Part shown: positions 1 to 9,243 of the stretch, piece after piece
Layout of the letters: each line of letters starts with the position of its first letter
How positions within the stretch are numbered: the stretch's first letter is position 1
Program-made: the position numbers and the translations under genes
The notes under the pieces: model-generated
The model's database searches: none
Seen by the model: the letters and a program-made list of their open reading frames with translations, nothing else
What the model was told of the DNA's origin: nothing
Source: an uncultured Chloroflexia bacterium
Lineage (GTDB): Bacteria; Chloroflexota; Dormibacteria; Aeolococcales; Aeolococcaceae
Length of the DNA: 64,000 nt
Direction: 5' to 3'
Assembly: GCA_963846365.1 (NCBI GenBank)
Contig: CAWJVN010000007.1
Coordinates: 400,025 to 464,024, forward strand

Positions 1-677
1 GCGCCGCCGATGCCCCAGAGGACGTCGATGCCGGTGCGGTGCTCCATCGCCGCCCACAGCCCGGCGGCGATGTCGCCGTCGGGGATGAGCTTCACCCGCG
101 CCCCGGCGGCGCGGATCTCGCGGAGCAGGCGCTGGTGGCGGGGACGGTTGAGGACCACCACGGTCAGGTCCTCGACGTCGCGGCCCTCGGCCCGGGCGAT
201 CCGCTTCAGGTTGTTGGCCACGGTGTCGGTGATGTCGATGACCTTGTGGGCGCGGGGCCCGACGATCAGCTTCTCCATGTAGTAGCAGTGGGTGTGGAAG
301 AGCGCGCCGCGCTCCGCCAGCGCCACCGTGGAGACCGCTCCGGGGAGGCCCCCGGCCACCAGCCGGGCGCTGTCGATGGGGTCGACGGCGACGTCCACGG
401 TGGGCGGGTTGCCGTTGCCGACGTTCTCCCCGATGTAGAGCATCGGGTTGTCGTCCTTCTCGCCCTCGCCGATCACCACCACCCCGTCCATGTCCACGTA
501 GCCGAGGCTGCGTCGCATCGAGTCGACGGCGGCCTGCTCGGCCTCGTCGAGGAGATCGCGGCCCATGAACCGCGAGGCGGCGATCGCCGCCCCCTCGGTG
601 ACCCGCACCAGCTCGAGCGCGAGGTTGCGGTCGATCGGGGTGCCGATGTCGCGGCGCTGGCGGGCTCTCGGCGGCAT
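1..677 (-). CDS. glpX: Fructose-1,6-bisphosphatase class II (GlpX), partial; C-terminus lies beyond the window start
   Basis: Reverse-strand translation from ATG (rc of 675-677) gives MPPRARQRRDIGTPIDRNLALELVRVTEGAAIAASRFMGRDLLDEAEQAAVDSMRR..., typical GlpX N-terminus. The plus-strand ORFs listed here are antisense shadows. Confidence 0.8.
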   Translation of the reverse strand, partial: MPPRARQRRDIGTPIDRNLALELVRVTEGAAIAASRFMGRDLLDEAEQAAVDSMRRSLGYVDMDGVVVIGEGEKDDNPMLYIGENVGNGNPPTVDVAVDPIDSARLVAGGLPGAVSTVALAERGALFHTHCYYMEKLIVGPRAHKVIDITDTVANNLKRIARAEGRDVEDLTVVVLNRPRHQRLLREIRAAGARVKLIPDGDIAAGLWAAMEHRTGIDVLWGIGG

Positions 678-703
678 GGCAGGCGGGATGATACGCGGAA
701 TCG

Positions 704-1390
704 GTGGCATCCCCGTCACACCTCGGCAGCCCCCGGCCGCCCGCCGCCGGGAGGCGGAGAATCCTTCCGACGATAACTCCCGATCTCTGCAGGCTCCACT
801 ATCGCGAGGCGGTCACCGGCTGCGCCGGCTGCGGACGCGGGCTCTGCGCGAGCTGCCGGAACGAGGCCGGCCTCTGCCCCTTCTGCGCCCGGCGGATCGA
901 GGACGAGGCGGTGCTCGCCCGGGAGCGCCGCCGCTCGCGGATCGCGCTGCGCCGGGCCGGCATCGCCCTCCACGCCGAGGCGGGCGACCCGGTGATCCTC
1001 CGCGAGGGGCGGTTCCGGCTGCTGGTGCCGGTGCTCGGCGGCGGCGCCACCGCCTTCGCGGCCGCCGCAGTGTGCGCCGAGCTGGAGCGGCGGCTGGGGG
1101 TCGACGCCGCCCTGGCCGCGCTGCTCTGCGCCGCCGTGGTCGGGGTCAGCGTGCGCCTCCTCCTCGGCGGGGTCTCGCGCACCGCGGGGGTGATCGCCGC
1201 CGCGCTCTGCGTCACCGCCGCGCTGGCCGGCCGCTGGTGGGCGGGGGCGTACGTCGAGGGCGGCGGCGCCGGGGTGGGGCTGCGCAGCCTCTCCGACTGG
1301 GTGATCGCCCACGGTGCCCTGGTGCCGGCCCTCTACGCGGCCGCCGCGGTGCTCGCCTATGGTGCCGCCGCGGGGCACCGGGCCGTCTGA
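704..1390 (+). CDS. Hypothetical zinc-ribbon (CxxC...CxxC) protein with C-terminal transmembrane helices; start uncertain
   Basis: Track ORF; CAGCGRGLCASCRNEAGLCPFCARR motif followed by hydrophobic helices; third-position GC bias. Confidence 0.35.
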   Translation: MASPSHLGSPRPPAAGRRRILPTITPDLCRLHYREAVTGCAGCGRGLCASCRNEAGLCPFCARRIEDEAVLARERRRSRIALRRAGIALHAEAGDPVILREGRFRLLVPVLGGGATAFAAAAVCAELERRLGVDAALAALLCAAVVGVSVRLLLGGVSRTAGVIAAALCVTAALAGRWWAGAYVEGGGAGVGLRSLSDWVIAHGALVPALYAAAAVLAYGAAAGHRAV

Positions 1391-1463
1391 GTTGGCTCCG
1401 GCTGCTAGCATGCCGGTTCCGGGGAGGACAACCGCCCATCCCGCGACAACAGGGGCACCTTCG

Positions 1464-2297
1464 ATGGCCGACGACATCCTCGACCGGGTGCGCAGCTTCG
1501 CAACCCGCGGTGACGAGCAGCAGCCGGTGGAGGTGGCCGCCGAGCCGGCCGGCACCGAGACGCCCGAGCAAGGAGCGCAGCAGGAGATGGCGATGAGCGA
1601 TGCCCAGGCGGGCGCCGGGGTCCAGGAGGGCGGCGCCGCCCCCACCACCGGCCGCGGAGGCGGCGCGCTCGGCCCGGCGGGGATCATCCGGGCCTGCCCG
1701 ATCCCGTCCGGAGCGGTGATCTTCGGCGAGCTCACCTCGGCCTTCGTCGACGGGGGCCGCCTGGTCCGCTTCCTCGCCGAGCGCCGCCACACCGGCGCGG
1801 TCGTCGACGCCGGTCGCAGCCGGGTGCAGGTCGCCCTCCTCTACGAGGGCGCCGCGGTCGGGCTGGTCGCGGTCGGCGACGGCGCCACCCGCCGGGTCGA
1901 CACCATGACCCTGTCCGCCCCGGGGTCGGCGGACGAGCATCAGCTCACCGTGCTCACCTACCGGCCGGAGATCACCCTGGCGCTGGCCCAGCTGATCAAC
2001 ATGCCGGAGCGCTTCGACCGGATGCACGGCTCCTTCGTCGACCTCCCCGCGCTGCTCTCGTTCCTGCGCCGGGAGCGGGCCAACGGCGCGGTGCGGGTCA
2101 CCACCGGCGAGGACGCGGGGGTCATCCTGCTGCGCGCCGGCGAGGTGCTCGGTGGCTACACCCGGCACCTGCCCGAGCTGGACGACGAGGAGGTCGTGTT
2201 CCCGCTCGCCAAGGCCGCCGACGCCGAGGTCGACGTGTGTGTCGGTGCGCTGTCGCTGCCGCCCCCCTCGATCCCGGTGACGTCGATCCTCGGCTGA
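1464..2297 (+). CDS. DUF4388-like repeat protein (two degenerate DUF4388 modules)
   Basis: Two modules of pattern F.D...LL..L.....G.V......G.ILL..G.V.G.YT (FVDGGRLVRFL...GAVVDAG...; FVDLPALLSFLRRERANGAVRVTTGEDAGVILLRAGEVLGGYT). Same module family as the 987-aa protein at 47079-50042. Confidence 0.55.
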   Translation: MADDILDRVRSFATRGDEQQPVEVAAEPAGTETPEQGAQQEMAMSDAQAGAGVQEGGAAPTTGRGGGALGPAGIIRACPIPSGAVIFGELTSAFVDGGRLVRFLAERRHTGAVVDAGRSRVQVALLYEGAAVGLVAVGDGATRRVDTMTLSAPGSADEHQLTVLTYRPEITLALAQLINMPERFDRMHGSFVDLPALLSFLRRERANGAVRVTTGEDAGVILLRAGEVLGGYTRHLPELDDEEVVFPLAKAADAEVDVCVGALSLPPPSIPVTSILG

Positions 2298-2312
2298 TCC
2301 GGGAGGGCCACG

Positions 2313-2852
2313 GTGCCGCCGCTCCGGCTCCTCGTGGCGCTGGCGACCGCGCTGGTGGCGCTGCTGGCCGCCTGCGGTGGGGGTCCCGCGGGCGGTCCGG
2401 GCAGTCACGACAGTCCCGAGGGAGCGGTGCGCGGCTTCCTCGGCGCGGTGGCTGCCAACGATGTCACCGAGGCGCTGAACTGGATCCCGCCGGCGCAGCG
2501 CACCCAGGCGTCGAACCTCCTCAACGGCAGGGAGGGGGTGAAGGTGTCCTTCCGGGTGGAGCACGTCGACGTCGGCGCCGCCACCCTCGACCGCGACCAT
2601 CCCGACCAGGCCATGGTCCCGGTCAAGGGCCAGGCGTCGGCCTGCGTCAACGGCGGCTCCGGCGACCTCGCCTCGCTGAACACCTGTTTCCCCTTCTCAA
2701 AGTTCGCCCAGACGGCCGGGTCCGACCAGGTCTCCTGCGTGCGCATCGGCGGCCGGTGGTACGTCGACATCGGCTCCGGCAGCGACGCCCCCGCCCCCGA
2801 GCCCTCGCCCGCGGTGAGCCCGGCGGGGCAGTCCCCCAGCCCGCACGGCTGA
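2313..2852 (+). CDS. Lipoprotein (signal peptide plus lipobox LAAC), hypothetical
   Basis: N-terminus MPPLRLLVALATALVALLAACGG; Pro/Ala-rich C-terminal tail. Confidence 0.55.
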   Translation: MPPLRLLVALATALVALLAACGGGPAGGPGSHDSPEGAVRGFLGAVAANDVTEALNWIPPAQRTQASNLLNGREGVKVSFRVEHVDVGAATLDRDHPDQAMVPVKGQASACVNGGSGDLASLNTCFPFSKFAQTAGSDQVSCVRIGGRWYVDIGSGSDAPAPEPSPAVSPAGQSPSPHG

Positions 2853-3012
2853 GCGCCGCGACACCGGCGTCAACGCGGCGCCGAGCGAACGTGACGCGTC
2901 TCGAAGTGAGCGAGGCGTACCATTGACCCTCCGGTCGCACCCCGCGGGGAGGCGCGGGTCGCTGTCGCGGAGGTTGTTGTGAGCCTGTCGGAGCCACCAT
3001 GGCGTCGCTGCG

Positions 3013-4260
3013 TTGATCTTTCTCAGCGACTTCCTGCGCGCCGACGTGGTCGACGTCCATCAGAGGACGGTCGGCAAGGTCCGTGATCTGATCGTGCGCA
3101 TGGGCGATCCGTACCCCACGGTCATCGCCCTCGCGGTGCGCGGTCACTCGTCCCCGGCGACCGTCGACTGGAGCGTGGTCCGCGCCTGGGAGAACCGCGA
3201 GATCAGCCTCGGCGTCGGCGCCGCCGAGCTCAGGGAGCACGAGCCGGTGCCCGAGGAGGTCTGGCTGAGCCGCGACATCCTCGACAAGCAGATCGTCGAC
3301 ACCGACGGCCGCCGGGTGGTGCGGGTCAACGACCTCCAGCTCCAGCAGAGCAACGGCTCGGTGCTGCTGGTGGGGGTCGACATCGGCACCCGCGGGCTGC
3401 TCCGCCGGATCAACGCCGAGCACGTGGGCCGGCGGCTGCGCCGGCTCGCGGGCGGCGACCTCCCCCAGCGGCTGATCAGCTGGGACGCGGTCGACACCCT
3501 GCACAGCGACGAGCGCTCGGTGAAGCTGCGCATCAGCCACCGCAAGCTCTCGAAGATGCATCCCGCCGACATCGCCGAGATCGTCGGCCAGCTCGGCGGC
3601 CGCGACCGGGAGGCGATCTTCGCCAGCCTCGACGACGAGATCGCCGCCGACACCCTGGAGGAGTCGTCCGACGAGGTGCAGGCGCAGATCCTCTCCCGGC
3701 TCGACGACGAGCGCGCCGCCGACATCCTCGAGGCGATGTCCCCGGACGAGGCCGCCGACCTGCTCGCCGACCTCCCCGAGGAGCGCCGCGAGCAGCTGAT
3801 CGCCAAGATGGAGGCCGAGGAGGCCGAGGACGTCGAGGAGCTGCTCGCCTACGGCGAGGACACCGCCGGCGGCCTGATGACCACCGAGTACGTGGCCATC
3901 CCCGCCAGCCTCACCGCCGCCCAGGCGATCGACCGCCTCCGCGAGCTCGAGCCCGACGCCGAGTCGATCTACTACGTGTACGTGATCGACGACGACGAGC
4001 GGCTGCTCGGGGTGCTGAGCCTCCGCGACCTCATCGTCGCCAAGCCGGCGACCCCGATCGCCGACCTGATGATCAAGCGGGTCATCGCCGTGCCCCTCGA
4101 CGCCCGGCCCGAGGACGTGGCCGCGGTGATCGCCAAGTACAACCTCCTCGCCGTCCCGGTTGTGGACGACGACGACCGCATCCAGGGGATCGTCACCATC
4201 GACGACGCCCTCGACACGGTGATGCCCGCCGGCCTGAAGCGGAGGGCCCGGGCTCTGTGA
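3013..4260 (+). CDS. Soluble PRC-barrel / MgtE_N / CBS-pair protein (MgtE-like intracellular domains without membrane domain); TTG start
   Basis: N-terminal PRC-barrel-like segment, Asp/Glu-rich MgtE_N region (DEVQAQILSRLDDERAADILEAMSPDEAADLLADLPEERREQLI) and tandem CBS (VYVIDDDERLLGVLSLRDLI...AVPVVDDDDRIQGIVTIDDAL); ends without TM segments. Confidence 0.75.
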   Translation: MIFLSDFLRADVVDVHQRTVGKVRDLIVRMGDPYPTVIALAVRGHSSPATVDWSVVRAWENREISLGVGAAELREHEPVPEEVWLSRDILDKQIVDTDGRRVVRVNDLQLQQSNGSVLLVGVDIGTRGLLRRINAEHVGRRLRRLAGGDLPQRLISWDAVDTLHSDERSVKLRISHRKLSKMHPADIAEIVGQLGGRDREAIFASLDDEIAADTLEESSDEVQAQILSRLDDERAADILEAMSPDEAADLLADLPEERREQLIAKMEAEEAEDVEELLAYGEDTAGGLMTTEYVAIPASLTAAQAIDRLRELEPDAESIYYVYVIDDDERLLGVLSLRDLIVAKPATPIADLMIKRVIAVPLDARPEDVAAVIAKYNLLAVPVVDDDDRIQGIVTIDDALDTVMPAGLKRRARAL

Positions 4261-4281
4261 CCAGGCGGCGGCGGGGGTGCG

Positions 4282-5625
4282 ATGAAGACGCCCCCTCAGA
4301 CCGCCGCCCTGCGGCGCAAGGCCGAGGAGGCGATCGCGGCGCGCCGTGAGCGCCGGGCCGCCCATCCCCGCCGCTTCGCGGGAGCACGCAGGTACCTGGC
4401 GATCATCGGCCCCGGGCTGATCGTCGCCAACGCCGGCAACGACGCCGGCGGGGTCTTCACCTACAGCAACACCGGGTCCAAGTACGGGCTCAACCTGCTC
4501 TGGACCTTCGTCCCCATCCTGGTCGCGCTGATCGTCACCCAGGAGATGGTCGCCCGGCTCGGCTGCGTCACCGGCAAGGGCCTGATGGACCTCATCCGCG
4601 AACGCTTCGGGGTGCGCTGGACGCTGTTCGCCTCGGTGGTGGTGATCGTCGCCAACGGCGGCACCGTGCTCGCCGAGTTCGCCGGCATCGGCGGGGCGCT
4701 GGGCCTGCTCGGCGTGCCCCTGCCGGTGGCGGTGCTGGGAGCGGCGGCGATGCTCGCCATCCTGGTGCTGCGCGCCAACCGCCGGCTGGTGGAACGGGTG
4801 TTCCTGGCGATGGGGCTGACCTTCGTGAGCTACATCGTCACCGCGATCATGGTGCACCCCCGCTGGGGCGACGTCGCCCACGCGCTGGTGGTGCCCACGC
4901 TCTCGCACCCGCCGCTCAGGCCCGGAGCCACCTCCTTCACCACCGACGTCATCACCCTGATCGGCACCACCATCACCCCCTACATGCAGCTCTTCCTGCA
5001 GTCCTCGATCGTCGACAAGGGCACCTCGGAGAAGGAGCTCAACTACGCCCGCGCCGACGTGATCAGCGGCTCGACCTTCGCGGTGATGGTGGCGATGTTC
5101 ATCGTCATCACCACCGCGTGCACGCTCTTCCCCCACGGATTCGCCGGCCAGGACCTGAGCAGCGCCGCCGACGCCGCCCAGGCTCTGCGTCCGCTCGCCG
5201 GCGCCCACGCCACCCAGCTCTTCGCCGTCGGTCTGCTCGGCGCCTCGCTGCTGGCCGCGGCGGTGCTGCCGCTCAGCACCGCGTTCGTGGTCTGCGAGGC
5301 CTTCGGGGCGGAGCGCTCGGTGCAGAGCCGCTTCGGGGAGGCGCCGCTGTTCTTCATGCTCTTCATGCTCCTCCTCCTCACCGGCGCGGTCACCGTGGCC
5401 CTGCTCGGCCCCGGGTCGATCGCGGCGGTGGCGATCGGCACCCAGACCCTCGACGGCGTGCTGCTGCCGGTGCTGCTGGTGTTCATCCTCATCCTGGCGA
5501 ATGACCGGCGGCTGCTCGGCCGCTACCGCAACGGCCCGGTCAACAACGCGATCGCCGGGGCGCTCACCGTGGTGCTCTCCGGGCTGACCGCCTACCTGGT
5601 GCTGAGCACGCTCACCGGTCTCTAG
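4282..5625 (+). CDS. mntH: NRAMP-family divalent metal (Mn2+/Fe2+) transporter
   Basis: IIGPGLIVANAGNDAGGVFTYSNTGSKYGLNLLWTFVPILVALIVTQEMVARLGCVTGKGLMDLIRERFG is the canonical Nramp motif; about 11 TM helices. Confidence 0.9.
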   Translation: MKTPPQTAALRRKAEEAIAARRERRAAHPRRFAGARRYLAIIGPGLIVANAGNDAGGVFTYSNTGSKYGLNLLWTFVPILVALIVTQEMVARLGCVTGKGLMDLIRERFGVRWTLFASVVVIVANGGTVLAEFAGIGGALGLLGVPLPVAVLGAAAMLAILVLRANRRLVERVFLAMGLTFVSYIVTAIMVHPRWGDVAHALVVPTLSHPPLRPGATSFTTDVITLIGTTITPYMQLFLQSSIVDKGTSEKELNYARADVISGSTFAVMVAMFIVITTACTLFPHGFAGQDLSSAADAAQALRPLAGAHATQLFAVGLLGASLLAAAVLPLSTAFVVCEAFGAERSVQSRFGEAPLFFMLFMLLLLTGAVTVALLGPGSIAAVAIGTQTLDGVLLPVLLVFILILANDRRLLGRYRNGPVNNAIAGALTVVLSGLTAYLVLSTLTGL

Positions 5626-6499
5626 GGTCCCGGGACACCGGAGGCTCGAGCAGGCCCTCGGGCCCGAACCGGGAGATCGCCTGGGCGGCGCGCGCCAGCC
5701 CGGCGTCGAGGGCCTCGACGAGGTGGTCGAGCGGGTCCTCCTCGGCGCGGGCGCAGGCGCCGAGGAAGCCGCCGGCGAGGGCGTCGCCGGCGCCGGTGGG
5801 GTCGACCACCGTGCCCACCGGGTGGGCGGCGCGCTCCACCACCTCGGTGGCGGTGACGCAGGCGGCCCCCAGCGGACCCGCCTTCACCACCACCGCCCGC
5901 AGCCGGCCCCGGCCGCAGAGCGCCGCCGCCGACTCCCGCCACTCGGCGGCGGGCCTGCCGGTGAACGCGGCGAGCTCGGTCCGGTTGAGGAAGAGGACGT
6001 CGGCACGCTCCGCCACCTCGACGACGCGCTCGCGCTCGGGGCCGCCGATGTACACGGTCATGCTGTCGGCGCCGACCAGCCGCGCCCGCGACTGGGCGAG
6101 CGCCTCGAGCTGCGAGGCCGGCGGCATGCTCCCCAGGAAGAGCACCTCGGCGGCGGCGGCGACGCCGTCCAGCCGCGGCCGCCAGGAGGCGTACGCGCCC
6201 GCCTCGGCGTGCTCGCAGGCGGTCACCCAGCGCTCGAAGTCGTGGGTGGCGCGCCAGCGGAAGGTGGGCTCGGCGCTGACCTCGAGGCCGTCGAGGTCGA
6301 CCCCCGCGCCGCCGGCGATCTCGCGCAGCCGGGCCTCGCCGTCACGGCCCACCACCCCGACGATGCGCACCGGGGCGAAGGGGGCGGCGGCGAGGGAGAA
6401 GTAGACCGCCGAGCCGCCCTGCAGCTCGGTGGCGCGACCCGTCGGGGTGGTGACGTCGTCGATGGTCACCGTCCCGGTCGCCGTGATCGCCCAGGCCAC
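5612..6499 (-). CDS. PfkB-family carbohydrate kinase (ribokinase-like)
   Basis: C-terminal PfkB signature DPTGAGDALAGGFLGA; GTG start (rc of 6497-6499) in frame. Upstream part of the 445-aa track ORF is low-complexity and not coding. Confidence 0.75.
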   Translation of the reverse strand: MAWAITATGTVTIDDVTTPTGRATELQGGSAVYFSLAAAPFAPVRIVGVVGRDGEARLREIAGGAGVDLDGLEVSAEPTFRWRATHDFERWVTACEHAEAGAYASWRPRLDGVAAAAEVLFLGSMPPASQLEALAQSRARLVGADSMTVYIGGPERERVVEVAERADVLFLNRTELAAFTGRPAAEWRESAAALCGRGRLRAVVVKAGPLGAACVTATEVVERAAHPVGTVVDPTGAGDALAGGFLGACARAEEDPLDHLVEALDAGLARAAQAISRFGPEGLLEPPVSRDPRDR

Positions 6500-6515
6500 C
6501 CCTCCCGGTTCCGGC

Positions 6516-6941
6516 TCAGCCGGCGTCGGCGGGGCTGCCCGCGACCGAGCGCGCGGGGGCTGCGGGGGCGAAGAGGGGGATGATCCGCGCCGTCCGCGGC
6601 CGCCGCTCGTCGAGCCGGTGGCGGCAGATCTCCGCCTGGGCGGCGAAGAGCGCGTCGCTGGCGTGGTCGGGGCGCCGGCTCGAGCCCAGCCCGTCGCGGA
6701 GCGCCGGGTCGATCTCGCCGACGAAGCGCACCACCGAGGCCCACACCTGGCCGGGCAGCAGCGAGTAGCCGCGCACCCGGCACTCCTCGACGAGGTCGAG
6801 GATGAGGTCGGACTCGCGCAGCCGGCTGTGCCAGCGCAGCTCGCGCTCGCGCCGGAACGACGCCAGCCGGCGGAGGTTCTCGAGCTCGGCCGCGGTCCGT
6901 GCGAGCGGGCCTGCGAAGCGGGACGCCGCGTGCTGGAGCAT
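6516..6941 (-). CDS. Hypothetical protein
   Basis: 141-aa ORF from ATG (rc 6939-6941), immediately upstream of the PfkB kinase on the same strand. Confidence 0.3.
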   Translation of the reverse strand: MLQHAASRFAGPLARTAAELENLRRLASFRRERELRWHSRLRESDLILDLVEECRVRGYSLLPGQVWASVVRFVGEIDPALRDGLGSSRRPDHASDALFAAQAEICRHRLDERRPRTARIIPLFAPAAPARSVAGSPADAG

Positions 6942-6991
6942 CGCCGCATTGTAGTACCCGACCCCGCGGAATCCCCCCTGATCCGAATGCG

Positions 6992-7624
6992 TCAGCGGGC
7001 AGCCGCGGACCGCGGGTAGCAGATCGAACGCCAGCCGTCGGGGGCGGCGACGAGGTGGACGGTCCGTGACACCGTGGCCGCCCGCGCGGTGGACAGCCGC
7101 ACCCGGTAGTCGACCTCCAGCTCGGCGACGTCGCGGTGGACGCAGCCGCCGTCCTCGTCGACCCATTCGGCGAGGTAGCGCACCTCGCGGACCAGCAGTC
7201 CGAGCAGGTTCCCGGCGGACGCGGACTGGCCGGCGGCGAAGGCCTCGGCGGAGCCCCAGCGGTCCTGGCAGGGGGCGGCGAGCAGGCTGAAGGCGCCGTC
7301 GAAGCGGCCCTCCCGGAGCAGCTCGACGAACCGCTCCTCGGAGCCGGCGGGCCCGGCGCCGGGGGCCGTGCCCGCGTCCCGGCATCCCGGCGGCGGCGGC
7401 GGCGCGTCCCGGGCGGCGAGCAGGGCGGCGACCTTGCGCCCCACCAACTCGCCCTCGGCGGCGCCGCCGGAGGCCTCGACCAGGGTGCTCGCCGTGCCCG
7501 TGGTCCGCGACCAGAAGGTGCGGGTCCGGGGGTCGACCAGGACGGTGTCGGGATCGGAGACCGGATCGGCGTCGACGAGAACCGGGAACGCCTCTCGCCA
7601 GCGGCGCAGCAGATCGGTCAGCAC
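6992..7624 (-). CDS. Hypothetical protein with NTF2/SnoaL-like C-terminal region
   Basis: Track ORF, 210 aa; C-terminal ...RFVELLREGRFDGAFSLLA...VHLVAAPDGWRI pattern. Confidence 0.4.
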   Translation of the reverse strand: MLTDLLRRWREAFPVLVDADPVSDPDTVLVDPRTRTFWSRTTGTASTLVEASGGAAEGELVGRKVAALLAARDAPPPPPGCRDAGTAPGAGPAGSEERFVELLREGRFDGAFSLLAAPCQDRWGSAEAFAAGQSASAGNLLGLLVREVRYLAEWVDEDGGCVHRDVAELEVDYRVRLSTARAATVSRTVHLVAAPDGWRSICYPRSAAAR

Positions 7625-7679
7625 GGAAGCCGCGGAACCCGCATGCGGGCCCTAGGGTACCCCGCCCCGGCCCGGGGCG

Positions 7680-7997
7680 TCACCCGCCTCCGATGGCCAG
7701 CACCCGCTGCAGCTCGGCGGAGTCGACGGAGTCCGCGGCGAGCAGCACCTCGAGCTCCTCGCGGAGCTCGATCAGGCGGTCGACGGGGAGGTCGCCGAGC
7801 AGCGCCTCGGCCTGGTCGAGGCGGCGCAGCACCCCCTCGTCGACGCGCACCGGGGCGGCGGGTCGCCGGCGCGCCGCCCGGGCCGGCGGCTTCGGCGTCG
7901 CCGCCGCGGCCCGCTCGCGCGGCGCCCGCCGGGGCGCGGGAGCCGGGTTCCCGCCGAAGAGCGCGTCCGCGCTCGGCACCTCAATCCGTCGGGGCAC
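7680..7997 (-). CDS. Small hypothetical protein (105 aa) translationally coupled to the ParA-like ATPase
   Basis: GTG start (VPRRIEVPS...) overlapping the upstream ParA-like stop by about 17 nt; helical C-terminus LRRLDQAEALLGDLPVDRLIELREELEVLL. Confidence 0.35.
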   Translation of the reverse strand: MPRRIEVPSADALFGGNPAPAPRRAPRERAAAATPKPPARAARRRPAAPVRVDEGVLRRLDQAEALLGDLPVDRLIELREELEVLLAADSVDSAELQRVLAIGGG

Positions 7998-8748
7998 GCC
8001 GCAGCACCTCCTCCGCCAGCTGCCGGTAGGCCTGGGCGCCGGGGGAGCGCCCATCGTACTCGAGGATGCTGACGCCCCCCGCGCTGGCCTCGGGGAAGCG
8101 CACCGAGGTGCGGACCACGGTGTCGAAGACCAGCCCGCCGAAGCGCTCGCGCACCCGGCTGAGCACCTCCTCGCTGTGCACCGCACGGCCCCGCTGCATG
8201 GTGCCGAGGATGCCGCCGACGCGCAGGCCGGGGTTGAGGGTGGAGCGCACCAACTCGACGGTGCCGAGCAGCGCCCTCATGCCCCCGAGGGCGAGGAAGT
8301 CGAGCTGCAGGGGAACCAGCACCTCGCCGGCGGCGGCGAGGCCGTTGACGGTGAGCATCCCCAGGGTCGGAGGGCAGTCGACCACCATCGCGTCGAAGCG
8401 CTGGTGCAGCGGCCGGAGGGCGGTGCGCAGCCGCAGCCCCCCGGCCCGCGCCGACACCAGCCCGGGCTCGACCTCGCCGAGGCGCGCCGAGCCGGTGAGC
8501 AGCCACACCCGGGGGCGGGGGCGCCGCAGCACCTCCTCGGCGGCGGCGGCGCCCTCCAGGCACTCGCCCAGGCCGGGGCCGCCCTCGTCCGCGGACGCTC
8601 CGCACATCACCGTGAGCGCGGCCTGGGGGTCGAGGTCGACGAGCAGGACCCGCAGGCCGGTCTCGGCGAGCGCGAACCCGAGGTTCTGGGTGGTGGTGCT
8701 CTTGCCCACACCGCCCTTCTGGTTGGCGACGGCGATCACCCGGGACAC
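7981..8748 (-). CDS. ParA/Soj-family P-loop ATPase (orphan, not the chromosomal parA)
   Basis: MSRVIAVANQKGGVGKSTTTQNLGFALAETGLRVLLVDLDPQAALT: deviant Walker A and the DLDPQ motif. Confidence 0.85.
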   Translation of the reverse strand: MSRVIAVANQKGGVGKSTTTQNLGFALAETGLRVLLVDLDPQAALTVMCGASADEGGPGLGECLEGAAAAEEVLRRPRPRVWLLTGSARLGEVEPGLVSARAGGLRLRTALRPLHQRFDAMVVDCPPTLGMLTVNGLAAAGEVLVPLQLDFLALGGMRALLGTVELVRSTLNPGLRVGGILGTMQRGRAVHSEEVLSRVRERFGGLVFDTVVRTSVRFPEASAGGVSILEYDGRSPGAQAYRQLAEEVLRRAPTD

Positions 8749-8751
8749 CGG

Positions 8752-9243
8752 CTAGAGCACCGGTGGTGGCGTGGTGGGGAGGGGCGCGGGGCGGCGGGGC
8801 GCCGGCGGCTCGTCGCCGTCGCGCTCCAGCCGGTCGCGGACGAAGCCGCGCATCGCCACCAGCGGCACCCCCATCGGGCAGACCGCGGCCGCGCCGCCCC
8901 AGTCGACGGCGTCGAGCGGGAGGTCGCGGGTCGCCCACAGGTCGGGGAGGCTGCGGGTGAGCTGCGAGGCGAGCCGCTCGGGCCGGACGTAGCCGGCCCG
9001 CGGGGTGGCGAATCCGCAGAGCCCGCAGCCGACGCAGCGCCCGTGGGCGGCGAGCTGCTCGCGCTCGCCCGGGGTGACCGCGGTGATCCGGTCGGGGCCG
9101 TAGAGGGCGTCGAACCGGGCCAGGCCGGCGCCCGTGGAGCGGTGGGTCACGCGCTCGGCGCCGAGGCGGGCCAGGTGGCGGCCGTAGAGCGCGCCGAGGC
9201 GGCCGAGGGCGGTGGCGCGGCGCAGCCGCGGGCGCTCAGACAT
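8752..9243 (-). CDS. Small cysteine-rich (putative 4Fe-4S) protein coupled to glpA
   Basis: CVGCGLC...CPMGVP motifs; start overlaps the glpA stop and the stop abuts the ParA-like start. Confidence 0.45.
   Translation of the reverse strand: MSERPRLRRATALGRLGALYGRHLARLGAERVTHRSTGAGLARFDALYGPDRITAVTPGEREQLAAHGRCVGCGLCGFATPRAGYVRPERLASQLTRSLPDLWATRDLPLDAVDWGGAAAVCPMGVPLVAMRGFVRDRLERDGDEPPAPRRPAPLPTTPPPVL

Noticed and set aside
716-5208. Long minus-strand ORFs (716-1792, 1212-2600, 2647-5208 at 853 aa) and similar plus-strand ORFs in the track
   Set aside because: Arg/Pro/Gly/Ala-rich low-complexity translations antisense to well-supported genes. These are typical shadow ORFs of >70% GC DNA with no motifs.
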